This document shows positions 1 to 13,074 of a DNA stretch of 64,000 bases, in pieces (position 1 is the stretch's first letter; every line of letters starts with the position of its first letter). Source of the DNA: Octopus bimaculoides (Eukaryota); contig NC_068984.1 in the NCBI RefSeq assembly GCF_001194135.2, positions 31,505,059-31,569,058 of the forward strand, in the 5' to 3' direction. The notes beneath the pieces were generated by a model. It was given only the letters and a program-made list of their open reading frames with translations, made no database searches and had not been told where the DNA came from. The translations under genes and the position numbers were made by a program.

Positions 1-195
1 TCTCTTGATTTTGTTATGGTCTCTGTTCGTCAAGGCTGGCTATGCATTTGTGCAACATCTTTGTGCAGGTTTGGGCAGTGTTTTTTGAGAAGACTAGTAG
101 TTGCCCAGTCTTTAAAGTCGTACTCTCACTGAAAAACAGAAAACTACGATCCAAGCAAGCCTTATATTTGTATGAAGTGAAATCTTCCAACGTAA

Positions 196-1470
196 CTCAC
201 CTTCTCCACTTGTTCTCTGCCTTGTTATGATCCCACCAACAAACTTGCTAAATGAAACCACAAAGGGAAACATGTGTTGCAGACAAAATAAAAATCTTCA
301 CTAACTGTAATAAAGAAGTAGTGAAGTAGAAAAACTTTCTAAAAATTGGTGATGACAGTGGGATTAAGCAAATGTGTCAATGCAACATTAAGGAGTGGCA
401 AATTCACCAGCACTGAAAATATTGCACAAAACACGGACACTAAATGTAGAAAACTAGTTCATAATCAACCTTAAAAATATCTAGGAATAGACAAGAAAGC
501 TAAAATACAACACAGAAATGAAAAGGAAAGAATATTATAGAAGTGGTAGACTAATATTAAAATCTGAACTCAACATTAGAAATACGATAATAGTTATAAA
601 TAAGCTAGCCATACCAATCATAAACTTGATATAATAAACTGGAACATAAATGAACTAAAACAAATTAGATAGAAAAACCAGGAAACTACTAACAACATGC
701 CAAAGTTACCATCTCAAAGCAGATATAGACAGAATATATCTACCACACACACACACAGGGAGGGTGTAGCCTGACACAAAGAAAACTTCTACAAAAAACA
801 TTTAGACTAAAAATTTACTTAGAAACAAAGAATGAAAGACACATAAATGTAATAAAGAAGCAAAAACAAAAACACAATCAATCCTCTCTAGACACAAGGA
901 AGCAATAAAATACAAGGAAGAAACAAACTATATTAGAAGAATAAATTTAGTTAAGAATGTAACAGAAATAGTTAAATCTACATGAAAACAAAATTACAAA
1001 ACATGAAAAAGAAACGAAGAGAAAAACCACTCCCTGGCCAATACTCTGCAAAGTTCGATAGAGAAGTAACCCAAAATGAAAGTCTACAATGGCACAAAAC
1101 CTCTGGTCTAAAAGTAGAAACAAAGAAGCTGACTTATACTGCACAGGACTGATGTCTGGCTACAAACAACTGTAAAGATAAAGCGAAAGAATGGATATTA
1201 TCACTAAATGTAGGATGTGCAACTAGCACAAAGAGATGGTTGACCACATCATCTCCAGTTACCAGTCTTTAGGCAAGATTACATTAGCAGTTACATTCAA
1301 TGAGGAATGTGCTAACATTCCAGTGTGAAAACAAATAAGAAGTGCTACAAGTGTGTGCTGAACATGGTACATGAGAATGACCTAGCCGCAATAATATAGG
1401 ATATGTCCATCCCAACTAACAAAGAGTTCAAAGCAAACTTTTCAAAGATAATTATAAAAAGACAGAAAAA

Positions 1471-1515
<45 letters not shown>

Positions 1516-1630
1516 ATAGACGTTTCAATCTCTTGTGAGGAAAATATTGCCCAAAATGAAATGGTGAAACTATCAAAATACAAAGACTTGAAATAGACAT
1601 GCTGAAATTGTGGGACATAGAAGTGCACTA
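196..1630 (+). mobile_element. Degenerate R4/Dong-like non-LTR retrotransposon (RT C-terminal part to RLE endonuclease), with internal (CA)n expansions
   Basis: Frameshifted translation gives KYLGID, KEYYR..RLILKSELN, LDRKTRKLLT...KADIDRIYLP and LIDVSI...KLSKYKDLEI, typical of RLE-type LINE ORFs; many stops. Confidence 0.85.
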
Positions 1631-1689
1631 GGTAGATCAGTTAAAACTTGCATTAGACTACCGAAGAAAAAAATTTTCACAATAATAGT

Positions 1690-1890
1690 AATTCTTCCTA
1701 CTATAGGCACAAGGCCTGACATTTTTGGGGAGGAAGTTAGTCAATTACATCGACCCCAGTGTTTCACTGGTACTTAATTCTTTGATCCCGAAAGTCAATC
1801 TCAGTGGAATTTGAACTCAGAACGTAATGATGGGCAAAATACTGCTAAGCATTTCCTCCAGCATACTAATGATTCTGCCAGCACACCACC
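1690..1890 (-). mobile_element. tRNA-derived SINE, family A
   Basis: Reverse complement of the family seen at 5041-5253 and 62685-62885 (GAGTTCAAATTCC B-box-like motif; GGCCTTGTGCCTA 3' part). Confidence 0.9.
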
Positions 1891-1934
1891 TTAATAATAG
1901 TAATTAGCAGTAGCCCAACATTTCGTATATGTAA

Positions 1935-2360
1935 ACAACAAAATGAAACCATTGATCATGTTATTTCCATGTGCAATCTTCTTGCACCTACAGAGTATCA
2001 CAACAGGCATGACAGAGCAACACAGTATCTTTAATGGATAATTTGCAAAAACTTGAACCTGCCCCATGATAAAAACTGATGAGAACACAAAACACCTCCA
2101 GTGCTTGAAAATGACCACATGATACTCCTCTGGAACTTCACCATTCAGATTGACATAAAGATAGACGTGAATAGGCCAGATATTATATTGAAGGACTTCA
2201 GACAAAAATCATGCCTCCTCATCGATGACTGTCCCAATCAACATAAATGTATGTGTCAAGACCTACCACAAACTGAGCAAGTATAAAGATCTTGAAATAG
2301 AAAATGGCATAATGTGTAAGATCAAGACTAAAACAACACCTATTAGCAGAGGTGCACTCA
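1935..2360 (+). mobile_element. R4/Dong-like LINE fragment (zinc-knuckle C-terminal half plus RLE)
   Basis: ETIDHVISMCNLLAPTEYHNRHDR...ENDHMILLWNFTIQIDIKIDVNRPDIILKDFRQKSCLLID...KLSKYKDLEIE (includes ORF 2101-2286). Confidence 0.9.
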
Positions 2361-2946
2361 TAGCTGAAGGGTGAGATTGAAGGCTTTATCTTCACTGCTC
2401 AAGATCAGAGCTTATTGACTCAGAACTACTCAGCCAATGCGATGGAAAATGCAGTAGACTCAAAGTGCCGAAACTGCAATGATGAGATTGAAACAGTGGA
2501 CCACCTAATCTCTGGGTGTAAGGTTTTTAGCACCTGTAGAGTATAAATCAAAACATGACAGAGTTAGCCAATAATATGTCAGTATTTTCAAATCAAAACT
2601 GCTGACAAATGGTACAAGTTATTTGAAGATGATATTCTTTGTTTACCATCCATGCAGAAAGTGAAAAAGATTGTTTTAACTGGTACGTCATACATATTGA
2701 GAAGAGCATTGTCGCTGTGAATTTTCTTTTATTTTCCCCTTTATTTTCTTTGTTATCTTGTTTTTATTTTTTATTTTTGCTTCTGACCTTTTCCTTGCTG
2801 TCTTTCACCTTTTTTTTCTCTATCATATGACTTTGTAAATGAAAATCTGGTGTGTTTAATTTAATGGCCTACCAATGTAAACAGTGAGTTTTTCTGCCCT
2901 AGGTGTCGGGAAGACACTCTGTAAGAAATGGAAAGAAAATTGAAAA
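2361..2946 (+). mobile_element. R4/Dong-like LINE 3' end with internal deletion and 3' UTR
   Basis: LKGEIEGFIFTAQDQSLL...KCRNCNDEIETVDHLISGCK (CCHC), then KIVLTGTSYILRRALSL*; the 3' UTR is similar to 20120-20200. Confidence 0.85.
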
Positions 2947-2959
2947 TAATAATAACAAC

Positions 2960-3000
<41 letters not shown>

Positions 3001-3003
3001 TAA
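2947..3003. repeat. (AAT)n microsatellite directly after the LINE 3' UTR
   Basis: Visible trinucleotide run. Confidence 0.95.
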
Positions 3004-3539
3004 TTAAGGTTTAATTAATTACAAACAGTATCAACATTTGTGGTATTTTTCCTTTGTGTCACATTTTCTATTTGATTTTATCGAGATGCAAATGTTGGTA
3101 GAAATATCAACTGGAAAAAATAATTGAAGCTGCAATGGGATTATGTGGTTTGCATTAATATTTATGGCCAATAGACTTGTAGGAAAGATAATTATATGTA
3201 GTGACAAATACACAAACATGCACACACATACACTGAGAAACATACATGACTGTATGTCTGTATGCATATATGTATGTGTGTATATATATATTTATATGCA
3301 TAAATATATATATGTATATATGAATATATATATATATATACATACATATATATGTATATGAGTGTGTATGTGTGTATAGCTATATATCTTCTTGTGTTAT
3401 TGGAGATTACTGTAGAATGAGCTTGTACTTGATTTATGTTTGAGTTTTCTAAATACCGGTATGTATGGGGTATGTGTGTGCAAATATGTGTAAACAACTG
3501 AAGAGAAGTTGTGAGAAAGGAATCATTATTGTTTTTGTC

Positions 3540-3930
3540 ATCATCATCGTCATTGTCAAAATCCAATTTTGGGGCCATCATGTATCAAATAGGTCTGCTC
3601 TAGCACTATGCTACACCTACTGCTATAGTTCCACATCGTCTAATCATTTCATCATCTCATGCATAATTTTCACATCCTGTGATCAGCTATCAACAGTTCT
3701 TCACACATGTCGCCTCATCTTTCTTTTTTTTTTGCAAGTTGCTTCCAAGATTGATTGACAATTCTCCCAATTATCATCTTTCTTATACATCACATGCTTA
3801 ACATCAATCATCAATACAGTTTTCTATTTTGCACATAACAGATGCTTCCTCTCACACCTATGTGTCTCTCATCTTACTGTGTTCCATTGTTCATGCATAC
3901 TGATATAACACATCCTGCACATCCTCTATA
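3540..3930 (-). mobile_element. Degenerate RTE-clade LINE 3' fragment
   Basis: Minus strand reads RMC..SMHEQ...IGVRGSICYVQNRKL...HVM, resembling the RTE RT C-terminal R-W-x-GHV region; heavily decayed. Confidence 0.6.
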
Positions 3931-4098
3931 TACCAAGTATATCTTCTCAAATAGATAAATGTATGTCTTCATTCAATGTATGAGGATCTGTGTATGCAAA
4001 TATCCATATGAATACGTCTATATATGTGTTAATGTAAAATGTCATCTTTTCATTTTTTAATGTTCATTTTCCTATGTTGGAATAGGTTGGATACTTAC

Positions 4099-4141
4099 TT
4101 GCATGTGTACATTCAATTTGTGAGGCCTCTTTCTCTGCTCC
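4099..4141 (-). CDS. Candidate 43-nt coding exon (GAEKEASQIECTHA) of an unidentified gene
   Basis: Minus strand: atgtttcAG | GGAGCAGAG...CATGCAA | GTAAGT. Non-repetitive; phase 0 start matches the exon at 12410-12446. Confidence 0.45.
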
Positions 4142-4596
4142 CTGAAACATTTCCCTTAATCATATACTGGAAATTATGAGGGTATTTTCAAGAGTCGGCA
4201 CATGAATCATAAATCCTACTTTAAACTGGTAAACAAAAGAAACAATAGAAATGTCATGCCATATATGGGATTTGAAAGATCATGGTTTTGAAAAGATAAA
4301 CATCTTGTTAATACTGAATTCTAGCAACAGGCCACTACTTGTACAAGTTAATAAAGGATCTTAATTAGAAAATCAGATTCAATTGCCAAGTGTGGCCCTA
4401 TGAATATGAGCTATATGAGCATTCGTAACAAAACTAATGAGACGGTTCTAATATAAGCAAGTCTGTAGATCATCATTCTCCATAAGCATGTTAAACCAGA
4501 TACCTACAAAACAACTACTAACCCCATCTGGGGATTTTTTATAGACAGGAATATGAAACTGTGCGTGATACAGTACTATAAACTGGAATCAGTCTA

Positions 4597-4820
4597 ATCA
4601 TCATCATCATCATCATCATCACGTCTGTTTTTTTCATGGTAGCATGGGTTGGACAGTTCGACTGGGGTCTGGGAAGTCAGGAGGATGCACCAGGCTCCAG
4701 TCTGATCTGGCAGGGTTTCTACAGCTGGATGCCCTTCCTAACGCCAACCACTCTGTGAGTGTAGTGGGTGATTTTTACGCACCACCGGCACAGGGGCAAG
4801 AGGAAGCTGGCAATGGCCAT
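4597..4820 (-). mobile_element. SINE/RTE-related 3' fragment with (GAT)n tail (family B)
   Basis: (ATC)n followed by CATGGTAGCATGGGTTGGAC...CTGGATGCCCTTCCTAACGCCAACCACT, a motif I recall as common in octopus interspersed repeats. Confidence 0.75.
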
Positions 4821-4823
4821 GAG

Positions 4824-4980
4824 AGGGGCTAAGTCAATTACATCAACCCCAGTATGCAACTGGTACTTATTTTATCAACTCCGAAAAGATGAAAGGCAAA
4901 GCCAACTTGGCAGATTTTGAACTCAGAACTTAAACACAGACGAAATACCACTAAGGAATTTTGCCCAATGTGCTAATATT
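4824..4980 (-). mobile_element. SINE family A (diverged)
   Basis: Aligns by eye to the reverse complement of 5041-5253. Confidence 0.85.
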
Positions 4981-5040
4981 ATACTCTCATGATTCTGCCT
5001 GCTCATTGCCTGAAGAGAGTATAATATTAATAATGTCTAA

Positions 5041-5253
5041 GGCAGCAAGCTGGCAGAAACGTTATCACACCGGGTGAAATGCTTAGCGGTATTTCGTCTG
5101 TCTTTACGTTCTGAGTTCAAATTCCGCCGAGGTCAACTTTGCCTTCCATTCTTCCAGGGTCGATAAATTTAGTACTGATTGCGTACTGGGGTCAATTTAA
5201 TTGACTGGCTCCCTCTCCAAAAATTTCAGGCTTTCTGCCTAGAGTAGAAAAGA
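5041..5253 (+). mobile_element. SINE family A, near full length
   Basis: GGCAGCAAGCTGGCAGAAACG head, GAGTTCAAATTCC B-box-like motif, and a central GCCTTCCATTCTTCCAGGGTCGATAAATTTAGTAC resembling the MetaSINE Meta domain (from memory). Confidence 0.9.
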
Positions 5254-6335
5254 ATATTAATAACGTCTATTATGGTTTATTCTAATAAATTTAATTATGG
5301 TTGTGATGGTGGGGTTGTCACGGAGACAAATTTCTGGAATGTCAATGCAGCCAAAGAATTTCTGCTTTTGCTTCTCATTTCATTTGCATTTATTTATTCA
5401 CAATTACTTATTTCAGAAATGCATGAAGATCACAACACGTTGTTTTCTATATATTTAAGACCTTGTATATGTGTATAGAATCAATAAATTTACAATGGTA
5501 TATTGATTAGTATTATTATTTCTTTTTAATAAAGATTTCTTATTCATTTTAGAATCTTTTATTACATTACAAATGGTATATTCCATTAATTTCCAATCTG
5601 TACTAGTTAGTTGTGATCAATAACTGACTAAAAGCTAATGTGAATTGCTAATAACTCTTGTATTCCATATCATATGACCTCACACCCCAAACATCACTCC
5701 AGCCTTTATGCAGTGCATCCAATTTATAAACTAATCAATATGAACATCCAATTATATAGAGAGTGTATGGATAGAATTTTTGATTACTTCTCTAAATTCC
5801 TTTACACCTTCTGTTTTCTATATTGTGTGTGTGTGTGTGTGTTTTTGAGTGAACAGGTTATTTTGTTTAACATCTACTATATTTCCCTGTTAAATATCTT
5901 TTAGAGCTAGTGTTGGTATTTTGTTCCATGTTAGATATGATCAAACTATGACCAGTCCATTCTATTTCAAACAATGTAATCAAAACATTATCCAATGAGT
6001 CCTTTCTTTTATAAATATTTTGGAGAACAATTTGAGAGAAATTAAACTGTGTTTTCTTGCAGAGAGGGCAGCCACCCAGAGCCTCCATTGTTGGCTAACT
6101 GTAGGTGCAAGGAGTTTTTATAGATCATTTTCCTGCAGTGTATCTAACAGCTGAATGATGTCAGTCATTCCGTGACCAATGCAATTATATTCTTTGGCCA
6201 GGGAAATAACACATTTATTATAGTGAACTTTGAATTCAGTTATGATATTAATGGTCAGATTTACAATGGCTTGAACCCATTAAAATGGAAAAAGATTGCG
6301 CATATACAAATACACACACACATACAGCTATATGA

Positions 6336-6374
<39 letters not shown>

Positions 6375-7894
6375 TATATATATATATATATGCACACACA
6401 TTGCACTCTGGTTTTGTGAAGAACAGCTGAAAGTACTAAGCATGCACCCACAACATTAAACATGCTTCGCAGAAGAAACAGTGGCCATTGTATTTTAGGG
6501 ACATTTTAAAGATAATCATCTATGGCCTTTCATTTGTATGCTCATTTGTAATCACGGAGGTGGTAGCAATCATTTTTAGCTATTTGATGCCACAATAAAT
6601 TTTTGAAATGCCTTTGCAGTGTTTTTGCATCCCTTTTGGAGTGTCCTGTAAATTAATCAAAGAAACAGTCTAGTATAACAACGTTTAACCCCTTACAACA
6701 GTCTATAGCCCTCTCATCTCATCTCATTCTATCTTATTTTACTTTATGCAATCTGTGTAATTATCTGGGAAAATTATTATAGAACACAAGTCTCTCAACA
6801 ACCACAAATGTCAGAGAATAAAAACAAGGTTCCTACCCAAATGCATGAATAAATACCTAAGAGACTGATGAAATGAGACTATAAAAGAAAACAATATACT
6901 AAGATATGTACAATTATGGAAACACTACAGAAGTACGTATGCCATCTTGGTTATACAGCATGTTTGTACAGTTCACAAGTATGTTTAGAAACCTAGTGCA
7001 CATGCATGCCATAAGCACTAGCATAATGAAATGGATGAAGATTTAAATGCCAGACTGCATGAAAATGCAAGTTGGTGTACTACTACTACTACTACTGTTG
7101 CTACTGCTGCTGCTGCTGCTGCTGCTGACGACGATGATGATGATGATAGTAATATATTATGCCATGAAACTGCTTGTATTTATTATTCATTATATATTAC
7201 GTATTTACTTATGTTATGATACATTAATCTCAGATGCAATTATCTTCCTCCATAAATACTTTACATGTTAATGCATATTATTCCCAGCTGTACATAAAGA
7301 CAAGTATAGGTTCCGTGCATATAATGATTCTCGCGGACGTTCACCAAGAAATATAGATGCCACAGGCTTTAGTACTAGCATGCTATAGATGTGTTAAAGA
7401 ACTCTCTGAGTAAATTATTTCCTTTCACCATGTCCTATAGATTCATTGAACTTTGATACTTATTTTTCAATATCTGTTTTCGTATTCGAATTTTAAACCT
7501 CACAATCCATATTAACAGCATAACTCTTAAAGATTTATCCTGAACAAATTTATATATACACTACGTTCAGAAATGAGGACTTTTTCCATTTGGGTATATA
7601 TATATATATATATATNNNNNNNNNNNNNNNNNNNNNNNNNNNNNNNNNNNNNNNNNNNNNNNNNNNNNNNNNNNNNNNNNNNNNNNNNNNNNNNNNNNNN
7701 NNNNNNNNNNNNNNNNNNNNNNNNNNNNNNNNNNNNNNNNNNNNNNNNNNNNNNNNNNNNNNNNNNNNNNNNNNNNNNNNNNNNNNNNNNNNNNNNNNNN
7801 NNNNNNNNNNNNNNNNNNNNNNNNNNNNNNNNNNNNNNNNNNNNNNNNNNNNNNNNNNNNNNNNNNNNNNNNNNNNNNNNNNNNNNNNNNNNNN

Positions 7895-8403
7895 CTTTTT
7901 AAAAAAAAAAACGATTTTTTAAAGTGAAGTGCAAGGCTTCATGTAGCGATTGTGGTGTTAAAAATTAGTTAACATAGATGTGTTAAAATATAGTGATAGT
8001 CTTTGACAACGATAAGAAAATGTTAAGTGAGGCTTTGTGCTTAAGTAGATTACATAAAAGTCTTCAAAATAGGCAGTAAAATAAGTTTATAATTGTTTAT
8101 AAGCTCATCAGAAATCATAATTGTTTATAAGCATATATACAGAAAGAATTTGTAGACAGTATTTGATAGCAGAAAGCGTGTATTGCTTTGTCAAAAGTTC
8201 ATCAGAAATCATAATTGTTTATAAGGATTTTAGAGGAATGAGCGACCTTTTCTCTTCATCTCTTAATGTTTCTTAATATTTTCTTACCATTGTTAAAGGC
8301 TCTATCACTGTATTTTAATACATCTATGTTAACTAATTTTTAACACCACAAAGGCTACACAAAGCCTTGCACTTTTCTTCTGAAAATCTTTTTTTAAAAA
8401 AAG
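7895..8403. mobile_element. MITE-like element with ~140-bp imperfect terminal inverted repeats
   Basis: 7895-~8030 is the reverse complement of ~8265-8403 (shared core GTGGTGTTAAAAATTAGTTAACATAGATG); internal ~30-bp direct repeat at 8101 and 8194; left end abuts an N gap. Confidence 0.8.
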
Positions 8404-8493
8404 TGAAACTGGTCAAGACAATAAGCATCTTTTCAAATCTTCTTCCCTATATATTTTCCCTTGTGCAGTACCTTCCATTTTTACTCTGTTATG

Positions 8494-8525
<32 letters not shown>

Positions 8526-10425
8526 TGTATGTATGTATGAAAGGAGCTATGTAGTCACATATACATCACACTCAATGTATATATAGTGTTGATAGGCACG
8601 ATGTCTGTTTCATAAATATGGTATTTTAAATACTCAATATATATAGAAACAAAACAATAAGTCATCCCAACAAGGATTTACGAGAATTCCAGATGCAGTT
8701 CGGCTTTCTTGAGCATCATAGACAAGGCCCAAGACAGCAAAAATACATTTGGCTTTCTTGTGAATCATTCAGCTCAAATTTACTTAAGATCTTTGAGTCA
8801 TTGATGAAGTTCTTCAATGTATTTGTTGTTTTCAATGTTCTATTATGTTTCATGCCATCAAATATGCCTGAGGTATCATAATCCTTTAAGATCTCTGATA
8901 GGCGTCATAATGATGGAATAAGGACCTTATTCAACTGTTTGTAAGTGGAAGAAGTTTTCTTGCTGACTTTATATCAGGACATGTCCATTTTCTTCTTTTA
9001 TTTTGATTGATAACCTTGAAACCGACATGCCAGAAATAACAATCACCATAATGGTGCTTTTAATTTTATTGTGTTGATACACTTTCATGCAAACTTCTTT
9101 CCATTAGACCATTGTTACAATTGGTTTGTGCACGTTTTATATATATAAAAAATCCTATGGCTTACTTTTAGTTTCCAAAGTGTATTTTAGAATAAACAAG
9201 ATATGTCCTCTCCTCCTCAAATATATCAGAAATAGCTTACTAAACTTAAAATGCATAAAAAGCATGCACCTTATTTGCAAAGAAGGCATAATATATTTTG
9301 CATCAAGGAATCTGATAAATAAATTAACTTAGATTTTGGAAAGGTCGTGAATAAAAACAAGACATAAGCTTACAATAACAATTTTTTATATATGAGATCT
9401 TGTTTAATATATTGTTCGAAAATGTATTTTTTCTGTTGACAGTTGTAGATGAGATAGAAACTGCTGGAATGGGTTGGTTGGCATAAACAACCAAATCACA
9501 CATAAGAAGTATCAGTGTCTCCATTTTCTGAAATATACTTGAATAAGAAATCCTTTTATTTTCAGTGAATATCTGTACACTTATGGAAAACAAAATTCAA
9601 ATTTTCAATACTTACAATTAAAATATTTTGGATTTGCTAGATAAGCAATATCTTACTTGTTCAATAAATTTAAAAGGTGAGTTTTGCTACATATGACACC
9701 TCTACTGAAAATGATGGATTGAGTAACACATATTTAAATATATTCCGGCTTTAAGTAAAAACATCAGAAACCTAAATGAGATTTAATGTAATTAATGCAT
9801 TAATGTAATAATTGCTTAGATTGAGATTCTCACTTGAAGAATGTCCATGGATTGATATGAGAATGGCATTAAATATAAAGTCCCTAAAATTAATAAAATA
9901 GGTAGCTGGAAACTCTAATTTCAGCATTTAACTTAATACATCACCATAGAAATGGATATATCCTGTTTTCAAACCAAGAACTGTTAAGGAAAATTTAGTC
10001 ATATATTTAGAATCTGTACCTAAAATATCCCCAACAAAATAACAGGAATAACAATGAGGGCAACTGGATCCTTTTCTCTTCTTTTTGCCAGTTTTTTTTG
10101 GTTGCATTGTGTTATTTATGGGTGTCTATCGAATTTACGAAAATATTCTGATTTTCCTCTTGATTTTGTGATCTCTGTTAAAATTCAAAAGGAAATTAGT
10201 CTCTAAATTAAAAAAAACAAAAAAAAACTGATAACATTTTCAGATACAAAATAATGCTATAATATATATTACACTAATCCTTCAAAACTAAAACAGTGAC
10301 AGATTAAAAACCAATAATTAATCTCCAGAAAAATAACACTTGTCAATCATTTATAAGCAGAAACAGAAAAAATATAAAATGATAAAATTTCTCGTGTAGT
10401 ATCTATTAGTGCTAGCAGTTTATAT

Positions 10426-10572
10426 ATACATACAGACATACATACAAACATACATACACACATACATGCATACATACATGCATACATACATACATACATA
10501 CATACATACATACATACATACATACATACATACATACATACATACATACACACATACATACATACATACATA
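10426..10572. repeat. (TACA)n microsatellite
   Basis: Visible tetranucleotide run. Confidence 0.95.
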
Positions 10573-10909
10573 TAACACACACATATATATATACATATAT
10601 GTGCAAGCTGCCACAATAAACTAACAGCTTATTGACCACAGTATTTTCCATTGTTTTATCAAAGGGAAAAATCATAGTGCAAATGTCCTTCTTTCTACAG
10701 AGCCTTTGTGAAGAAAATCATGTGTTATCCATATTTGGTAGATTTAAATCAAATGTTTGCAATAGACTGAAATTCTATAAAGGTATCCAAAGGCAGCGTG
10801 GTAATGTTAATCTGGAAGTAGATGAAATCTTTCAGTTAAGTTCATCCAAAACTTTTCCGCATTTCTCTTTCAGTTTTTCTTAGAATGTTCTATCCAAGCC
10901 CAATCCATA

Positions 10910-10990
10910 GCAGAAACGACTTGCTAAGCTGAGGTGCAGCGAAATCGAACTTGAAATTATGTGAAAGAGAAACAAGTTGCTTAACCACAT
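10910..10990 (-). mobile_element. Highly degenerate tRNA-like SINE head (related to 25017-25417)
   Basis: Reverse complement TGTGGTTAAGCAACTTG...AGTTCGATTTCGCTGCACCTCAGCTTAGCAAGT. Confidence 0.45.
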
Positions 10991-11521
10991 TACCATTTAA
11001 AACATCCCTGTCTAAGTTCATATTTCAGCAAAATTACAGAATGGATATTGCTTTCCCAGAAGGAGTAACTGAATGTATATAGATATATGGGTATTCAGTG
11101 TTATTATAACATGCTTGCATTCACATGAACAAGAATAGAAGAATGTCATTCCTTCCCTCTCTCCATTTTCTACTCTCTTTTATCTCTTTCTTCTCTTGTC
11201 CCTTTCCCAATCTCTTCCTCGCTACTGCATTTGTGTGCGTGCCTGTGTTATATATATCTATATATATATATATATATATANNNNNNNNNNNNNNNNNNNN
11301 NNNNNNNNNNNNNNNNNNNNNNNNNNNNNNNNNNNNNNNNNNNNNNNNNNNNNNNNNNNNNNNNNNNNNNNNNNNNNNNNNNNNNNNNNNNNNNNNNNNN
11401 NNNNNNNNNNNNNNNNNNNNNNNNNNNNNNNNNNNNNNNNNNNNNNNNNNNNNNNNNNNNNNNNNNNNNNNNNNNNNNNNNNNNNNNNNNNNNNNNNNNN
11501 NNNNNNNNNNNNNNNNNNNNN

Positions 11522-11569
<48 letters not shown>

Positions 11570-12409
11570 AATGTATGCACTTATAGATATTTATACATAT
11601 ATAGATGCATACACACACACACTTCAAGAATTTCTCTCAGAAATTGGATACCTAATCCAGATATAGATTTTATTCTGTTTTATGTATTTATATTTTTAAT
11701 GAAAATCATTGTTGGTTTGCATTCCTTAATGTGACACTCTGTAAAATGGGTGTGAGATATTATTGACAATCAATAATACTACCCATTATGATATAAAAGC
11801 AGCCACAATACAAAGAACAAGAAGAAGAAAAAAATAAAGGTTTAAGTTATTCTATTCACTGAGTTTCAGCCTGCACCACCAAACTTTTGTCTACTTTTAC
11901 TTTCACTGCTGTTGATATCCAATAACAACATTGTTGCTAATTGTTAAAGCGGTTGACTCAATATTAAAAATGTTGGCGCCTTTGAGTCAAAGTGTCTTGT
12001 ATTAATTTGTAATGGAATCCGAAGAGATGTTAAAAATCTTCTATCAAGTCTTCCAATTCACTGAGTAAGTTTTCAAGGCAACCTGATACCAAGTGGTGCA
12101 AAAACTCTCAGAAATTGAAAGGATATTTATTATGTGTAAGTATATAAACCACATAACATAAATACAATTATCATCAACATAAGCCAACGAAATCAACTAT
12201 GCTGTCAAAAAACATAAATATGGTAGAAGAGCTCTTGAGTATTGGTAATTTTATTTTAAAATCATCTAAGCGATGAAGAAATAAATTTGAAATTATTTTC
12301 AATCTCGCAGCTGAACATACTTGCCACAAGTATGACTTGCTAACGTATACCATGTTTTTGCTAATAGTTTTAGGTGCCTATATAGTTGCATGAAGATATA
12401 AAAACTCAC

Positions 12410-12446
12410 CCACCCTTGGTCCAGAGGAACATCAGGTTTCAGACAA
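12410..12446 (-). CDS. Candidate 37-nt coding exon (CLKPDVPLDQGW) of an unidentified gene
   Basis: Minus strand: ctctgtctttctttccAG | TTGTCTGAAA...GGGTGG | GTGAGT. Only one open frame (1 nt + 12 codons). Confidence 0.5.
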
Positions 12447-13074
12447 CTGGAAAGAAAGACAGAGTTTTGAATTCTAAAATCAAAATTATTGTTATAATTA
12501 TTTGAAAGGAAATTGGTAGAGATATTTACATGACTGTTTTGTCTTCTGTGAAGAAGTTTTGCATAGATATCTCTCATAAACAATATTAACATGAACATCC
12601 AATTTACTAAGGAATACAGCACGGATAAATTGTACTTTTTAGCTATGTTACTTATAAAAAGCAAAATGGAATAGAATTGAGACAGATGTATATCATAAAT
12701 CAGTAAATTCGAAGTAATATTTGGTTTTTATTCCATGCTACCAAAGGCACACAAGATTCAATACCCTACTCCACACAATCTACTAAAAAAAAAAAAATTT
12801 TTTTTAAATGCACCACTAGATCAAATTTGAACACTCAAAAGTGCAAGTGTGTTTAATAATATTCTGATTAGCAGACGTTATATACCATCATCAAGTAATA
12901 ATGGAGTTGATATCAGGAATTCAAGGACTGTGAAAACCAAAACAAATGTTTGAGCGTACATTTCAATCTAGAGCCCTAAGATACTGAGGTCTTTAATATA
13001 ATTAAGCAAAATTTGAACATGTTTAAACATGATCCTAAAATAAGGAGAGTTTTAGAAAAAACAACTAAGAAATG

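Noticed and set aside
6045-6110. GC-richer island with splice-like signals on both strands
   Set aside because: The minus-strand reading after exon 12410 stops within 19 codons and lacks a good donor; the plus-strand donor is weak. Unresolved.
8690-9600. Possible minus-strand transposase remnant
   Set aside because: No recognisable motif in any frame.
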